This document shows positions 49,557 to 60,503 of a stretch of DNA of 64,000 nt, one piece after another. The DNA lies in the NCBI GenBank assembly GCA_903851305.1, contig CAINNX010000087.1, positions 5,169-69,168 on the forward strand, in the 5' to 3' direction. Position 1 is the stretch's first letter, and every line of letters begins with the position of its first letter. The stretch comes from an uncultured Hyphomicrobiales bacterium. Its GTDB lineage: Bacteria; Pseudomonadota; Alphaproteobacteria; Rhizobiales; Beijerinckiaceae. Both the position numbers and the translations under genes were made by a program. The notes below the pieces were generated by a model. That model worked only from the letters and a program-made list of their open reading frames with translations. It searched no databases and had not been told where the DNA came from.

Positions 49557-50528
49557 ATGACCAAGGCCATTCGTATCCATCGCACAGGCGGTCCGGAAGT
49601 GATGGTGATGGAGGATGTGACCCTGCCCAAGCCCGCCAAGGGCGAGGTGTTGGTGCGCAACCATGCCATCGGTCTCAATTTCATCGATATTTATTTCCGC
49701 CAAGGATCCTATCCCACACAGCTGCCTTTCACGCCCGGCAATGAAGGCGCGGGTGAAGTGGTGGCCGTGGGTCGTGGTGTCAGCGAATTCAAAGCAGGCG
49801 ACCGCGTCGCTTATGTGGCGACACTGGGTTCTTATGCAGAAGAGCGCCTTGTGCCTGCGGCCTCGCTGATCAAATTGCCCAAGAGCATTTTATATGAAAT
49901 GGGCGCGGCGATGATGCTGAAGGGCCTCACCGCGCAATATCTCCTGCGTCGCACATTCAAAGTGAAGCCCGGCGATACGATTTTGGTGCACGCAGCAGCT
50001 GGCGGTGTGGGGCTCATCCTTTGCCAATGGGGCAAGGCTTTGGGCGCAACAGTCATCGGCACCGTGGGTTCGGAAGAAAAAGCCAAGCTCGCCAAAAAGG
50101 CCGGCGCGAAAAATGTCATTCTCTACAAGACAGAAGATTTTGCCGCGCGCGTGAAAGAGATCACCAAGGGCAAGCTGTGTGATGTTGTCTATGATGGCGT
50201 CGGCAAGGATACATTCCCGGGCTCGCTCGATTGCCTGAAGCCGCTGGGCATGTTCGTGTCTTATGGATCTGCATCGGGCCAATTGGATGCGTTCAACATT
50301 GGCCTGCTGGCGCAGAAGGGATCGTTGTTCATGACGCGCCCGACCCTGTTCACCTATATTGCCAAGCGCGAAGATTATGTGGCTATGGCCAAGGATCTGA
50401 TGCGGGCGATTTCGCGCGGTGATGTGACGATCCCGATCCATGCACGCTACAAGCTTGCTGATGTCGCGCAGGCGCATGCCGATCTGGGTGCGCGGGCCAC
50501 GACCGGCGCGACTGTTTTGTTGCCGTGA
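49557..50528 (+). CDS. qor: NADPH:quinone oxidoreductase (zeta-crystallin family)
   Basis: AIGLNFIDIY, GNEGAG, LKGLTA and HAAAGGVG motifs. Confidence 0.92.
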   Translation: MTKAIRIHRTGGPEVMVMEDVTLPKPAKGEVLVRNHAIGLNFIDIYFRQGSYPTQLPFTPGNEGAGEVVAVGRGVSEFKAGDRVAYVATLGSYAEERLVPAASLIKLPKSILYEMGAAMMLKGLTAQYLLRRTFKVKPGDTILVHAAAGGVGLILCQWGKALGATVIGTVGSEEKAKLAKKAGAKNVILYKTEDFAARVKEITKGKLCDVVYDGVGKDTFPGSLDCLKPLGMFVSYGSASGQLDAFNIGLLAQKGSLFMTRPTLFTYIAKREDYVAMAKDLMRAISRGDVTIPIHARYKLADVAQAHADLGARATTGATVLLP

Positions 50529-52087
50529 GCCTGTCGGAAACCAAAGCCACAGAGGGTCGCAAGCCGCTAATTGCCATGCGTGGCATCACCAAGCGGTTTG
50601 GCGATTTTCTCGCCAATGACGGGATTGATCTCGATATTCATGCGGGCGAAGCGCATGCGCTTTTGGGCGAGAATGGCGCTGGCAAATCAACCTTGGTGAA
50701 AATTCTCTATGGGCTTTTGGAATCGAGCGCCGGTTCCATTGCGCTGGATGGACAAGCCGTCTCGTTTGCATCGCCCGAGGCCGCGCGTGCGGCTGGCATT
50801 GGCATGGTGTTCCAGCATTTCTCCTTGTTCGACAATCTGACAGTTGCTGAGAATATCGCACTGGTTCTGCCCGACAGTGAAGGCATGGAGGGCATAGCTG
50901 CGCGCATCGACACACTCACGCGCCGCTATGGTCTGCAACTGGACCCCAAGCGCGACGTCTGGACGCTGTCAGCGGGCGAGCGCCAACGCATCGAAATTGC
51001 ACGCTGTCTTTTGCAAAATCCCAAGCTGATCATTCTGGATGAGCCGACGTCTGTCTTGACGCCGCAAGAGGCTGAGACGCTTTTTGCCACGCTTGAAATT
51101 CTGCGGCTCGAGGGCCGCGCCATTCTCTATATTTCGCACAAGCTCGAAGAAGTGCGTCGCTTGTGTGAGCGGGCCACCGTGCTGCGCGCAGGCAAAGTGG
51201 TTGCCACCTGTCAGCCGCGTGAGGAGAGCGTGCGCTCGCTGGCGGCCTTGATGGTGGGCACACATCTGGTGGATGTGCGCGCCAAACCCAATGACATGCT
51301 GGGGCCTGACCGACTGACATTGAACCATCTGTCGATGCCCGCACAGGACATGCATGGGGTTGCATTGAAAGATGTCACGCTCAGCGTGCGCGGTGGAGAG
51401 GTGTTTGGCATTGCGGGGATTGCTGGCAATGGTCAGGACGAATTGTTTGCCAGCCTGTCGGGGGAGCAATTGGCGCGCCAAGGCGTTGCGGTCCAGATCG
51501 ATGGGATTTCTGTGGGTCGCGAGGGGATTAATCTGCGCCGCCAATATGGCGCGGCCTTTGTGCCGGAAGAGCGCAATGGACACGCAGCGGCGCCTGATTT
51601 CTCACTGTCGGACAATATCATCCTGTCGCGTCACGCCTTGGGTGATGTGACGCGTGGCTGGACGCTCGATCAAGCCAATGCCAAAGCGCTGATGCGCGAC
51701 ATTGTTGAAAAATTTGATGTGCGCATGTCAGGCGCTGATCCGGCTGCGCGCACATTGTCGGGCGGCAATTTGCAGAAGTTTCTGGTGGGACGAGAAGTGT
51801 CGCGTGCGCCCAGCGTGCTGGTGCTCAATCAGCCGACATGGGGCGTTGATGCAGCTGCATCTGCCGATATTCGCCAGCGGCTGATTAATCTTGCCCGTCA
51901 AGGCGCAGCCGTTCTGGTGATATCGCAAGATCTTGATGAATTGTTTGAGATCGCAGACCGGATTGCGGTCATTCACCATGGCCATGTGTCGGCACCGCTG
52001 ATCACGCGCGAGACCACGCGCGAAGAAATTGGCTTGCTGATGGGTGGCGCAGACGCAACACAAGAAAGTCTCGCCCATGCGCATTGA
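50525..52087 (+). CDS. ABC transporter ATP-binding protein, double NBD (nucleoside/BMP type)
   Basis: GENGAGKST, LSAGERQR, LDEPT, PEER and LSGGNLQK motifs. GTGA overlap with qor. Confidence 0.92.
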   Translation: MSLSETKATEGRKPLIAMRGITKRFGDFLANDGIDLDIHAGEAHALLGENGAGKSTLVKILYGLLESSAGSIALDGQAVSFASPEAARAAGIGMVFQHFSLFDNLTVAENIALVLPDSEGMEGIAARIDTLTRRYGLQLDPKRDVWTLSAGERQRIEIARCLLQNPKLIILDEPTSVLTPQEAETLFATLEILRLEGRAILYISHKLEEVRRLCERATVLRAGKVVATCQPREESVRSLAALMVGTHLVDVRAKPNDMLGPDRLTLNHLSMPAQDMHGVALKDVTLSVRGGEVFGIAGIAGNGQDELFASLSGEQLARQGVAVQIDGISVGREGINLRRQYGAAFVPEERNGHAAAPDFSLSDNIILSRHALGDVTRGWTLDQANAKALMRDIVEKFDVRMSGADPAARTLSGGNLQKFLVGREVSRAPSVLVLNQPTWGVDAAASADIRQRLINLARQGAAVLVISQDLDELFEIADRIAVIHHGHVSAPLITRETTREEIGLLMGGADATQESLAHAH

Positions 52088-53159
52088 AATGCAGCGGCGG
52101 GCCTCAACGCCGCCGATCATTGAATTTCTCGCGCCTGTGGCAGCCCTTGTCGCGGCGGTGCTGATTGGTGGTGGACTGCTCACGCTGATTGGCAAATCAC
52201 CAGCGCAAGCTTTCTCTGTCTATTTTCTCGAGCCTTTCACCGATGCCTGGTCGCTGCAGGAGCTCGTGGTGAAAGCGGCTCCCTTGGTGCTGATCGCAAC
52301 GGGACTGTCGTTTTGCTATCGCGCCAATCTTTGGAATATCGGCGCTGAAGGGCAGTTTGTGATGGGCGGCCTTGTTGGCGGGACCATTGCCGTTGTCACG
52401 CAAGGCATGGAGCCGGTTCTGGGTGGGTATTGGATTTTGCCCACCATGCTGCTGGCTGGTGTGATCGCCGGTGTGGCCTATGCGATGATCCCCGCTTTCT
52501 TGCGCGCGAAACTGGGTGCCTCTGAAATTTTGACCAGTTTGATGCTGGTCTATATCGCCGAAATCACGCTCGATTATTTTGTGCGTGGCAAATTGCGCGA
52601 TCCCAAAGGGTTCAATTTTCCCCAAAGCGTGCCGTTCGACGATATTGCGCGCCTGCCTTTCTTGATGGACGGCGAACGGCTGCATGCGGGTGTTTTGTTT
52701 GGGCTGATGGCTGTGATTTTGGCGGCCTATATTTTCCGCCGCACCTTGTTTGGCTTTGATGTGAAGCTGGTGGGCTCAGCGCCCAAAGCCGCGCGCTTTG
52801 CAGGCTTCAGTGACGCGCGCCTGACATTTGCGGTCTTTGCCATTTCCGGCGGCGCTGCGGGACTGGCAGGTGTGTGCGAAGTGGCAGGCCAGATCGGTCA
52901 ACTGCAGCCGGTGATCTCACCGGGCTACGGATTTTCGGCCATCATTGTTGCCTTTCTTGGGCGCTTGCAGCCGTGGGGCATTCTGGTTGGCGGGCTTGTG
53001 CTGGCGCTCACCATCATTGGTGGCGAGAATGCGCAGATTGCCATGAAAGTGCCGCTCGATATGACACGCGTTTTTCAGGGCACGTTGTTGATGTGCGTTT
53101 TGGCCATGGATGTCTTCACCCGCTATCGCTTCCGGTTGGTTCTTTGGAGGCATGTATGA
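52077..53159 (+). CDS. ABC transporter permease (nucleoside type)
   Basis: NLWNIGAEGQ, SEILTSLML and GYGFSAIIVAFLGRL motifs. Confidence 0.9.
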   Translation: MRIEMQRRASTPPIIEFLAPVAALVAAVLIGGGLLTLIGKSPAQAFSVYFLEPFTDAWSLQELVVKAAPLVLIATGLSFCYRANLWNIGAEGQFVMGGLVGGTIAVVTQGMEPVLGGYWILPTMLLAGVIAGVAYAMIPAFLRAKLGASEILTSLMLVYIAEITLDYFVRGKLRDPKGFNFPQSVPFDDIARLPFLMDGERLHAGVLFGLMAVILAAYIFRRTLFGFDVKLVGSAPKAARFAGFSDARLTFAVFAISGGAAGLAGVCEVAGQIGQLQPVISPGYGFSAIIVAFLGRLQPWGILVGGLVLALTIIGGENAQIAMKVPLDMTRVFQGTLLMCVLAMDVFTRYRFRLVLWRHV

Positions 53160-54079
53160 GCCTCCAGATGTTTGAGCTGGTGCTCTTCACCATTTTCACA
53201 GCCGCCACGCCCTTGATCATCGCAGCCATTGGCGAATTGGTCAGCGAGCGCGCTGGTGTGCTGAACTTGGGCGTTGAAGGGATGATGATTGCGGGCGCCG
53301 CATCGGCTTTCGCCATTGCCATTCTGACAGGCTCGTCCTGGCTCGGCATATTGGGCGGAATAGGGGCGGGCGTCTGTCTGTCTGCCATCTTCGGTGTGCT
53401 GGTGATTTTTCTCGCGGCCAATCAGGTCGCAACCGGTTTGGCGCTCACCATTTTGGGAACCGGATTGGCCGGGCTCGTCGGCTCGGGTTTTATCGGCATG
53501 AAACGCGATGCCATGGCGCATTTGTCGATCCCGTTTGTGAGTGAGCTGCCGCTCGTTGGCAAATTGCTCTTCACGCATGATGTGTTTGTTTATGCAGGTT
53601 GGGCACTTGTGATTGCGACCGGTTGGTTTCTGTCGCGCACACGCGCGGGCCTTGTGTTGCGCGCTGTGGGTGAAAACCATCATTCAGCTCATGCGCTGGG
53701 TTTACCTGTGCGCCGCGTGCGTTTTCTGGCTGTTCTGTTTGGCGGTGCTTGCGCGGGATTGGCCGGGGCTTATTTGTCTTTGTCCTACACGCCATTCTGG
53801 GCACCTGGCATGACAGCGGGGCGCGGATGGATTGCGCTGGCGCTCGTTGTCTTTGCATCCTGGCGGCCAGCCTATGCTTTCGCTGGAGCTCTGCTGTTTG
53901 GTGGGGCCACTGTCTTGCAATTGCATGCGCAGGCGGCGGCACTTGGCATACCGGGGCAATTGCTGACGGCGATGCCTTATCTCGTGACGATCATCGCTTT
54001 GGTGGTTTTGTCCCTGCGCCATCGGCGTGGCGCCATTGCGCCTGCTTCGCTGGGCCTGTCGTTTATGCCTGAGCGCTAG
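53156..54079 (+). CDS. ABC transporter permease (nucleoside type)
   Basis: SERAGVLNLGVEGMM, GENH and MTAGRGWIALALV motifs. ATGA overlap with the upstream gene. Confidence 0.9.
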   Translation: MSLQMFELVLFTIFTAATPLIIAAIGELVSERAGVLNLGVEGMMIAGAASAFAIAILTGSSWLGILGGIGAGVCLSAIFGVLVIFLAANQVATGLALTILGTGLAGLVGSGFIGMKRDAMAHLSIPFVSELPLVGKLLFTHDVFVYAGWALVIATGWFLSRTRAGLVLRAVGENHHSAHALGLPVRRVRFLAVLFGGACAGLAGAYLSLSYTPFWAPGMTAGRGWIALALVVFASWRPAYAFAGALLFGGATVLQLHAQAAALGIPGQLLTAMPYLVTIIALVVLSLRHRRGAIAPASLGLSFMPER

Positions 54080-54197
54080 GGGCAGAGGCCGAAAGTCTAA
54101 TCGCCTCCCAATCGCGCAAGCGCTTTGGCTCTCGTATGATCCAAGGTGTTCCGGAGCGAGGTGCCTCCCGCCTCGCGTCAGCCTGGGACCAACTCCT

Positions 54198-54237
54198 AAA
54201 CCCGGCGCACCCTTTGGGGCATGCCGGGTTTTCTTTT
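54198..54237. terminator. Probable bidirectional terminator between the ABC operon and rimO
   Basis: AAACCCGGC...GCCGGGTTT stem followed by TTCTTTT, between convergent genes. Confidence 0.65.
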
Positions 54238-55570
54238 AGACCGCGATGCCGTGCAGATCATAAGCGTCAGCGCGCTCGATTTTCACCGAGACAATATCAC
54301 CCGCACGCAAAGGGCGGCGCGAGGCGACATAGACCGATCCGTCAATATCCGGCGCATCAGATTTGCTGCGGCCTTTGGAAACGGTGGGGCCCGGCTTATC
54401 AATGATGACCTGCAGACGCTTGCCGACTTTGTTGGTCAGGATTTTGGCGCTGATCGCCTGCTGCTTTTCCATGAAGCGACGATAGCGAATGTCTTTGACC
54501 TCTTCGGGCACAGGTGCGAGCCCGAGATCATTGGCGACCGCGCCGGTGACGGCTTCATATTTGAATGCGCCAACACGATCGAGCTTGGCTTCGCCCAGCC
54601 AGTCGAGCAGCATTTCAAAATCTTCTTCCGTCTCACCGGGAAAGCCAACAATGAAAGTTGAACGCAAGGTGAGGTCAGGGCAAATGTCACGCCATTTGCG
54701 AATCCGCTCAAGCGTCTTGTCGATGTTACCGGGGCGTTTCATTGCCTTCAGCACATTGGGAGAGGCATGTTGGAACGGGATGTCGAGATAGGGCAACACC
54801 AGTCCTTCAGCCATGAGCTCAAGCACATCGTCAACATGGGGGTAGGGGTATACATAATGCATGCGCACCCAAGCGCCGAGGCTTCCTAGTTCCTTTGATA
54901 GTTCATAGAAGCGTGTGCTGATTGAACGATCTTTGTATTGGCTCTGTGCATATTTTAGATCTAGGCCATATGCTGATGTGTCTTGTGAGATGACGAGCAA
55001 TTCCTTGACGCCGGCGGCCACGAGTTTTTCGGCCTCACGCAAAACATCCCCAATGGGGCGCGATACAAGATCGCCACGCAATTTTGGGATGATACAGAAT
55101 GAACAGCGATTGTTGCAGCCTTCCGAAATCTTCAAATAGGCATAGTGGCGCGGTGTGAGTTTGACGCCCTGCGGTGGCACAAGGTCTAGAAAAGGATCAT
55201 GCGCAGGTGGCACGGCCTGATGCACAGCGCCCATCACGCTTTCATAAGCCTGTGGTCCAGTAATCGCCAGCACATTAGGGAAACGATCACGGATCTGCTC
55301 AGGCTCTGCACCCATACAACCGGTGACAATGACTTTACCGTTCTCTTTCATCGCCGCACCAATGGCATCGAGCGATTCAGCCTTGGCACTATCCAAAAAG
55401 CCACATGTGTTGACGATGACCGCATCAGCTCCGGAATGATTGCGGGTAATTTCATACCCTTCCGCTCGCAATTGCGTGATGATGCGTTCGCTGTCTACGA
55501 GTGCCTTTGGGCAGCCTAGGGACACGAAGGATATGCGGGGAAGATCTGGAGATTCGGTGGGCGCGCTCAT
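54236..55570 (-). CDS. rimO: Ribosomal protein S12 methylthiotransferase
   Basis: [17 protein letters not shown], radical SAM motif [15 protein letters not shown], and a C-terminal TRAM domain. Confidence 0.96.
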   Translation of the reverse strand: MSAPTESPDLPRISFVSLGCPKALVDSERIITQLRAEGYEITRNHSGADAVIVNTCGFLDSAKAESLDAIGAAMKENGKVIVTGCMGAEPEQIRDRFPNVLAITGPQAYESVMGAVHQAVPPAHDPFLDLVPPQGVKLTPRHYAYLKISEGCNNRCSFCIIPKLRGDLVSRPIGDVLREAEKLVAAGVKELLVISQDTSAYGLDLKYAQSQYKDRSISTRFYELSKELGSLGAWVRMHYVYPYPHVDDVLELMAEGLVLPYLDIPFQHASPNVLKAMKRPGNIDKTLERIRKWRDICPDLTLRSTFIVGFPGETEEDFEMLLDWLGEAKLDRVGAFKYEAVTGAVANDLGLAPVPEEVKDIRYRRFMEKQQAISAKILTNKVGKRLQVIIDKPGPTVSKGRSKSDAPDIDGSVYVASRRPLRAGDIVSVKIERADAYDLHGIAV

Positions 55571-56138
55571 GAGGGTTCCGTGCCATGTCGAGAGTCGGCT
55601 TGCAACCGAGGCTTTGAGGCTAGGGCCGGCTGCTGATTTCAATGCTTATGGACTATTTTTAGAATAGAAACAAACTTGACGTTGATTGCGATGTTCTTGA
55701 CGGTTTTATCGACCCCTAGAACCTAAAATGAGGCTTGATCATCAGACAGATGAAGGAACATCAACCCGTGTCATCAACTGTTGTGAATCTTGTTACCAAA
55801 GAGAGTGTTTCAGAGGCGGCACAGCTCGATTCCATCGCGCCAAAGAGCAGTTGCTTGATACGATCCATGGTGTCGGCCCGAACTCAGAGAATGACAGTTA
55901 GGGACAACAGAGCAAGTTTAAGGCCAGCTGGATTATTCGATTAAGTATTTGTTTTTAAAGGATCTAAAAGATGTCGGGGCTTTGACGCCTATAGGGAAGT
56001 TGATTAATTTACTCAGCATTTTTGCTGGCCAGACCTTTCACCTCTCCCTTTTTCTGGCGCTCTGAAAGCTAAGTCTGCTAAGTTTTTCAGATCAAAAGAA
56101 CTGGGGGCCATAGGCTCACCCGTCATTGGGAGGATGAA

Positions 56139-57050
56139 TTGACGTTCAGCATTGCTTCGTTTGCGACACCAGCAGGCCCCCGCGCCGCGCTTATCATGAA
56201 TGGTCAGATTATCGACATTGCCCTAGCTACTGGCCAAGAAGCAGATGCCAGTGTTCTTGCCTTGTTGGAGAATCTGGACGCCAATCTGGTCCGGTTGGAC
56301 AAGCTGGCTGCCAGCAATCCCCCGGGCTTGTCTGTTGATGCAGTAACGCTCCTACCTCCCATTCCTCTCCCACCCGTTCTCTATTGCGCGGGTTCCAATT
56401 ACGCTGATCATGCGGCCGAAATGGCCAAGGCAGCTGGTCGTGAACCGCCCAAAGATCCCCATGATCTCGGCCAGCGCTCTTGGCACTTTCTGAAATCATC
56501 GCGTTCGGCCATTGGCCCGAATGCCGACATTCCATTCCCGCCCCACATCAAGAAACTGGATTGGGAGGCGGAGCTCGGTGTTGTCATCGGTCGCACCTGC
56601 CGCAATGTCAGTGAAGAGCAGGCTCTTGATTACGTGGCCGGCTATCTGATCGCCAATGATCTGTCGGCCCGCGATCTGTCGCGTCGAGATGGCGTTCCGG
56701 ACAATTCCATTTTTCGAAATGACTGGATTTCTCACAAAAGTTTTGACGGCGCTTGTCCGCTCGGTCCTTGGATCACATTGGCGCGCGATGTTCCCGATCC
56801 GCATAATCTGAAAATGCGCTTGGATGTGAACGGTGACGTCAAACAGGATTCCAACACCGGTTATATGATCTTTGACATCAAGGAGCAGATCGCCGATCTG
56901 TCGAGTCGTATGACGCTATATCCGGGCGACATCATCCTGACCGGCACGCCTGCTGGCGTTGGCAATGGCCGGGGTGAATATCTCAAAAAGGGCGATGTGG
57001 TGACGATTGAGATCGAGCACTTGGGTAAGATAAGAAATCATTTAATATAA
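56139..57050 (+). CDS. Fumarylacetoacetate hydrolase-family protein
   Basis: CAGSNYADH, LDWEAELG, ANDLSARD, KSFDGACPLGP and LTGTPAGVG motifs. TTG start after GGAGG. Confidence 0.9.
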   Translation: MTFSIASFATPAGPRAALIMNGQIIDIALATGQEADASVLALLENLDANLVRLDKLAASNPPGLSVDAVTLLPPIPLPPVLYCAGSNYADHAAEMAKAAGREPPKDPHDLGQRSWHFLKSSRSAIGPNADIPFPPHIKKLDWEAELGVVIGRTCRNVSEEQALDYVAGYLIANDLSARDLSRRDGVPDNSIFRNDWISHKSFDGACPLGPWITLARDVPDPHNLKMRLDVNGDVKQDSNTGYMIFDIKEQIADLSSRMTLYPGDIILTGTPAGVGNGRGEYLKKGDVVTIEIEHLGKIRNHLI

Positions 57051-57056
57051 AAAACA

Positions 57057-57560
57057 TTAGTTTAGGCATTCTTTTTCAAGTAAATTAAGAGCAAAATCTA
57101 GGGCCGCGCGGCGTATGCTGGCGCGGCCTTTGTCATCAAAGCGCTGTTCGAAGTGTCGGGGCTTATGTCCGGTGCGTGCACACGCAAAGTGTACGAGGCC
57201 AACCGGCTTGTCGACGCTGCCACCGCCTGGTCCCGCAATGCCTGTAATGGAGACCGCTATGTCTGCATTCGCGTTTCGCAATGCACCGTATGCCATTGCA
57301 TTGGCAACATCAGCGCTGACTGCACCGTTAGCTTCGATCAGAGCCATGGGCACGCCGAGCATGTCGGCTTTGGCCTCATTGGAGTAGGTGACAAAACCAC
57401 GATCAACGACCGCTGACGAGCCCGGCACTTCGGTCAGCAAGGCGGCCACGAGCCCACCCGTGCAGGATTCAGCCGTGGCGATTTTGAGGCCCTTGTCGGC
57501 ACACAAAGCTATGAGAGCGGTGGCGCGGACAAGCAGTTCTGGCTCGAAGATTGATGTCAT
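57057..57560 (-). CDS. cinA: CinA C-terminal family protein (NMN deamidase PncC-like)
   Basis: [17 protein letters not shown] and [11 protein letters not shown] motifs. Confidence 0.9.
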   Translation of the reverse strand: MTSIFEPELLVRATALIALCADKGLKIATAESCTGGLVAALLTEVPGSSAVVDRGFVTYSNEAKADMLGVPMALIEANGAVSADVANAMAYGALRNANADIAVSITGIAGPGGGSVDKPVGLVHFACARTGHKPRHFEQRFDDKGRASIRRAALDFALNLLEKECLN

Positions 57561-58768
57561 GTCGGTGAGTATGGCAAGCGTATGGTTGCCAGCGCCATGG
57601 CGGCTAATCCTTCACTTCGACCAGTGAAGCCAAGTCCTTCTGAAGTCGTGGCTTTTACTGCTATTCGATCAAGGGGCAGGGAGCAGATTTGTGCAATTTT
57701 GGCGCGGATGGATTCGCGATGGGGCCCAACTTTGGGAGCCTCACAAATCAACGTGCTATCGAGGTGGGCAATCATGCCACCGCGGCTGCGGACCAGTTCG
57801 ACTGCATGGCGCAAGAACTGATCTGAGGCAGCTCCCTTCCACTTTGGGTCAGAAGGCGGGAAATGGGAGCCAATGTCGCCATTGGCCAAAGCCCCTAAGA
57901 TAGCATCAGTGAGTGCGTGCAAAAGGACGTCCGCATCTGAATGGCCAACCAGTGCATGCGAATGCGGGATTTTAACCCCACCCAGCCAAACATGATCGCC
58001 TGGTCCAAAAGCATGCACGTCATAGCCTTGGCCAACACGGATATCAGACAGATCAACGGACATAAGGCGCTCCATCACTGCGAAATCGCTTGCCTCAGTG
58101 ACTTTGAGATTGGTGGCTTCACCGGGAAATACATGCACGCGATGACCAGCCCATTCGGCAACCGCGCCGTCATCAGAGAGATTGGCAATTTTCTTTTGTG
58201 CAGCATTTTGATGTGCCGCATAGATCAGAGAATAGATGAAGCTCTGCGGCGTCTGTACGGCGCGCAAAGTCGCGCGTTCCTGTGTCTGTGCCACAAAGCC
58301 CTGCGTATCGATTTGTTTGATCGTATCGCTGACAGCAAGGCCCGGAAGGGCAGCGCCATATTGGCGTGCAGACGCGACGGCGCGAGACAGTAATTCTGCG
58401 CTGGGATGGCACCTTGCGCCATCATGAATCAGGACGATCTTCTGTGTTCCGGTCTGGAGGGCTTCAAGCCCAGCGAATACGGATGCCTGTCGGGTATGCC
58501 CGCCGATGACAGGCAGGCGGCATAGCGCGCGCGTTGAGCTAGGTAATGTCGCTAATACTGCGTCAAAGAGCGAGGCATCTTCTGGGCCAATGACTGGTTG
58601 GATGGGCGCTCCCAAAAAAGCCAATGCCTCGATCGTGTGAGCCAGAAGCGGGAGGCCAGCGAGCATAGCGTATTGCTTGGGTAAAGGGCCACCCACGCGC
58701 AAGCCACGTCCTGCTGCGACCAGCACAATTGCAACATCGGTCGAGCTGATTGGGGAGGGTGCGGCCAA
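57557..58768 (-). CDS. ispDF: Bifunctional IspD/IspF (MEP pathway)
   Basis: AAGRG..PKQY, HDGAR and VQTPQ, followed by GQGYDVH and [10 protein letters not shown]. Confidence 0.94.
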   Translation of the reverse strand: MAAPSPISSTDVAIVLVAAGRGLRVGGPLPKQYAMLAGLPLLAHTIEALAFLGAPIQPVIGPEDASLFDAVLATLPSSTRALCRLPVIGGHTRQASVFAGLEALQTGTQKIVLIHDGARCHPSAELLSRAVASARQYGAALPGLAVSDTIKQIDTQGFVAQTQERATLRAVQTPQSFIYSLIYAAHQNAAQKKIANLSDDGAVAEWAGHRVHVFPGEATNLKVTEASDFAVMERLMSVDLSDIRVGQGYDVHAFGPGDHVWLGGVKIPHSHALVGHSDADVLLHALTDAILGALANGDIGSHFPPSDPKWKGAASDQFLRHAVELVRSRGGMIAHLDSTLICEAPKVGPHRESIRAKIAQICSLPLDRIAVKATTSEGLGFTGRSEGLAAMALATIRLPYSPT

Positions 58769-58842
58769 GCTTTCAAGTCTCCTGTGCCCTCCTCTGTGGC
58801 GCGATTTCTGGTTTGGGTCAATTCATCAGATTTGGTCTGGCG

Positions 58843-58857
58843 TTAACGTCAGATTCA
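58843..58857 (+). promoter_or_regulatory. Near-consensus CtrA box overlapping a GANTC site upstream of ftsB
   Basis: TTAA-N7-TTCA (7 of 8 matches to TTAA-N7-TTAA) with GATTC at 58852-58856, about 25 bp before the ATG. Confidence 0.3.
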
Positions 58858-58881
58858 CTCTGGTCGGGGCAATTTGCCTCT

Positions 58882-59193
58882 ATGGTCAAACGTCGCCGCC
58901 TTCGCGCCATCCTCATCCCGCTCGTGCTTTATGCCGTGTCGGGATCAGCTGCGTCTTATTTTGTTTGGCATGCCTATAATGGGACGCGCGGTCTCAAGGC
59001 CAAGGAAGAATACCGGATGAAGATTGAAGATCTGTCCGGCCGTCTATCTGCCATTCAGGACGAACGCTCAGGGTGGGAGCGTCGTGTCCGAATGATGTCA
59101 GCGGATTCGATTGAACGGGATTTGCTGGAAGAACAGGCGCGCGTTACGCTGGGCCGGGTTCATAAAGACGAATTGGTTCTGTTTTTACGATAA
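58882..59193 (+). CDS. ftsB: Septum formation initiator FtsB/DivIC
   Basis: One TM helix, GTRGL, a coiled coil and DLLEEQARVTLG. Directly upstream of pdhA, as is usual in alphaproteobacteria. Confidence 0.85.
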   Translation: MVKRRRLRAILIPLVLYAVSGSAASYFVWHAYNGTRGLKAKEEYRMKIEDLSGRLSAIQDERSGWERRVRMMSADSIERDLLEEQARVTLGRVHKDELVLFLR

Positions 59194-59476
59194 AACCTTT
59201 TTTTTCAATAGCTTAGGCTATGCCATCTCATTTTTCCTTATTGCCTCAAGTGTTCTCAACCTTTCGTCTTATGTGGCTTTACCATTATTAACTAAAATTA
59301 GGTTTATATTTGTGCATAACAATAATTAGGTTAACTTTATTTAAGTTACTGATAATAAATGCTTATTGATCTATCCGAATTATCAAATCTGCCTCTCGCA
59401 TTCTTGGCCTTGCTGATTTACTCTATTTCTGTAGCGAGACATTTGCGCGTCCGCTTTATTGGTTCAGGGAGCCCCC

Positions 59477-60490
59477 ATGGCATCGTCTGCCTCGTCTCGG
59501 TCCAAATCGCAAAAAACTGCGGGACCAGCTGTTTTTACACGTGATCAAGAACTCCATGCCTATCGCGAAATGCTGCAGATCCGGCGTTTCGAGGAAAAGG
59601 CTGGCCAGATGTATGGCATGGGCCTCATCGGCGGGTTCTGCCACCTCTATATCGGCCAAGAAGCCGTTGTGGTGGGCATGCAGATGGCCTCGATCGAGGG
59701 TGATCAGATCATCACCGGCTATCGTGATCATGGCCATATGCTCGTGTGCGGCATGGATCCCAAGGGGGTCATGGCTGAGCTCACCGGGCGTCGCGGCGGC
59801 TTGTCGAAAGGCAAGGGCGGCTCGATGCACATGTTCTCGAAAGAGAAGCATTTTTACGGCGGCCACGGCATCGTTGGCGCACAAGTCTCGCTCGGCACCG
59901 GTCTGGCTTTTGCCAACCATTACCGCGGCAATGGTAATGCCTCGATGATTTATTTCGGCGATGGCGCGGCCAACCAGGGGCAGGTCTACGAGAGCTTCAA
60001 TATGGCGGAGCTCTGGAAGCTTCCCGCCGTCTACATCATCGAAAACAATCGCTATGCGATGGGCACCTCCGTTTCGCGCGCTTCCGCGCAGTCGGATTTC
60101 TCCAAGCGTGGTCTGTCGTTCAACATTCCGGGCGAACAGGTTGACGGCATGGACGTACGCGCTGTGCGCGAAGCGGGTTTGAAAGCCCTCACTTGGTGCC
60201 GCGAAGGCAAGGGCCCCTACATCCTCGAAATGCAGACCTATCGCTATCGCGGACATTCCATGTCTGATCCGGCGAAATATCGCTCGAAAGAAGAAGTACA
60301 AAAAATGCGCGAAGAGCATGACCCGATTGAACAGGTGCGTGCGCGCCTGTTGCGGGAAAAGTTCGCGACTGAAGATGAATTAAAGGCAATCGACGCAAAG
60401 GTGCGTGCGATTGTGGCCGAGGCTGCCGAATTCGCGACCAACGATCCTGAGCCGGATCCGTCCGAATTGTGGACGGATATTTTGGTTTAA
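59477..60490 (+). CDS. pdhA: Pyruvate dehydrogenase E1 alpha subunit
   Basis: [22 protein letters not shown] motif GDGAANQG...N, and [10 protein letters not shown]. Confidence 0.97.
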   Translation: MASSASSRSKSQKTAGPAVFTRDQELHAYREMLQIRRFEEKAGQMYGMGLIGGFCHLYIGQEAVVVGMQMASIEGDQIITGYRDHGHMLVCGMDPKGVMAELTGRRGGLSKGKGGSMHMFSKEKHFYGGHGIVGAQVSLGTGLAFANHYRGNGNASMIYFGDGAANQGQVYESFNMAELWKLPAVYIIENNRYAMGTSVSRASAQSDFSKRGLSFNIPGEQVDGMDVRAVREAGLKALTWCREGKGPYILEMQTYRYRGHSMSDPAKYRSKEEVQKMREEHDPIEQVRARLLREKFATEDELKAIDAKVRAIVAEAAEFATNDPEPDPSELWTDILV

Positions 60491-60503
60491 GGGAGGATCG
60501 ACC

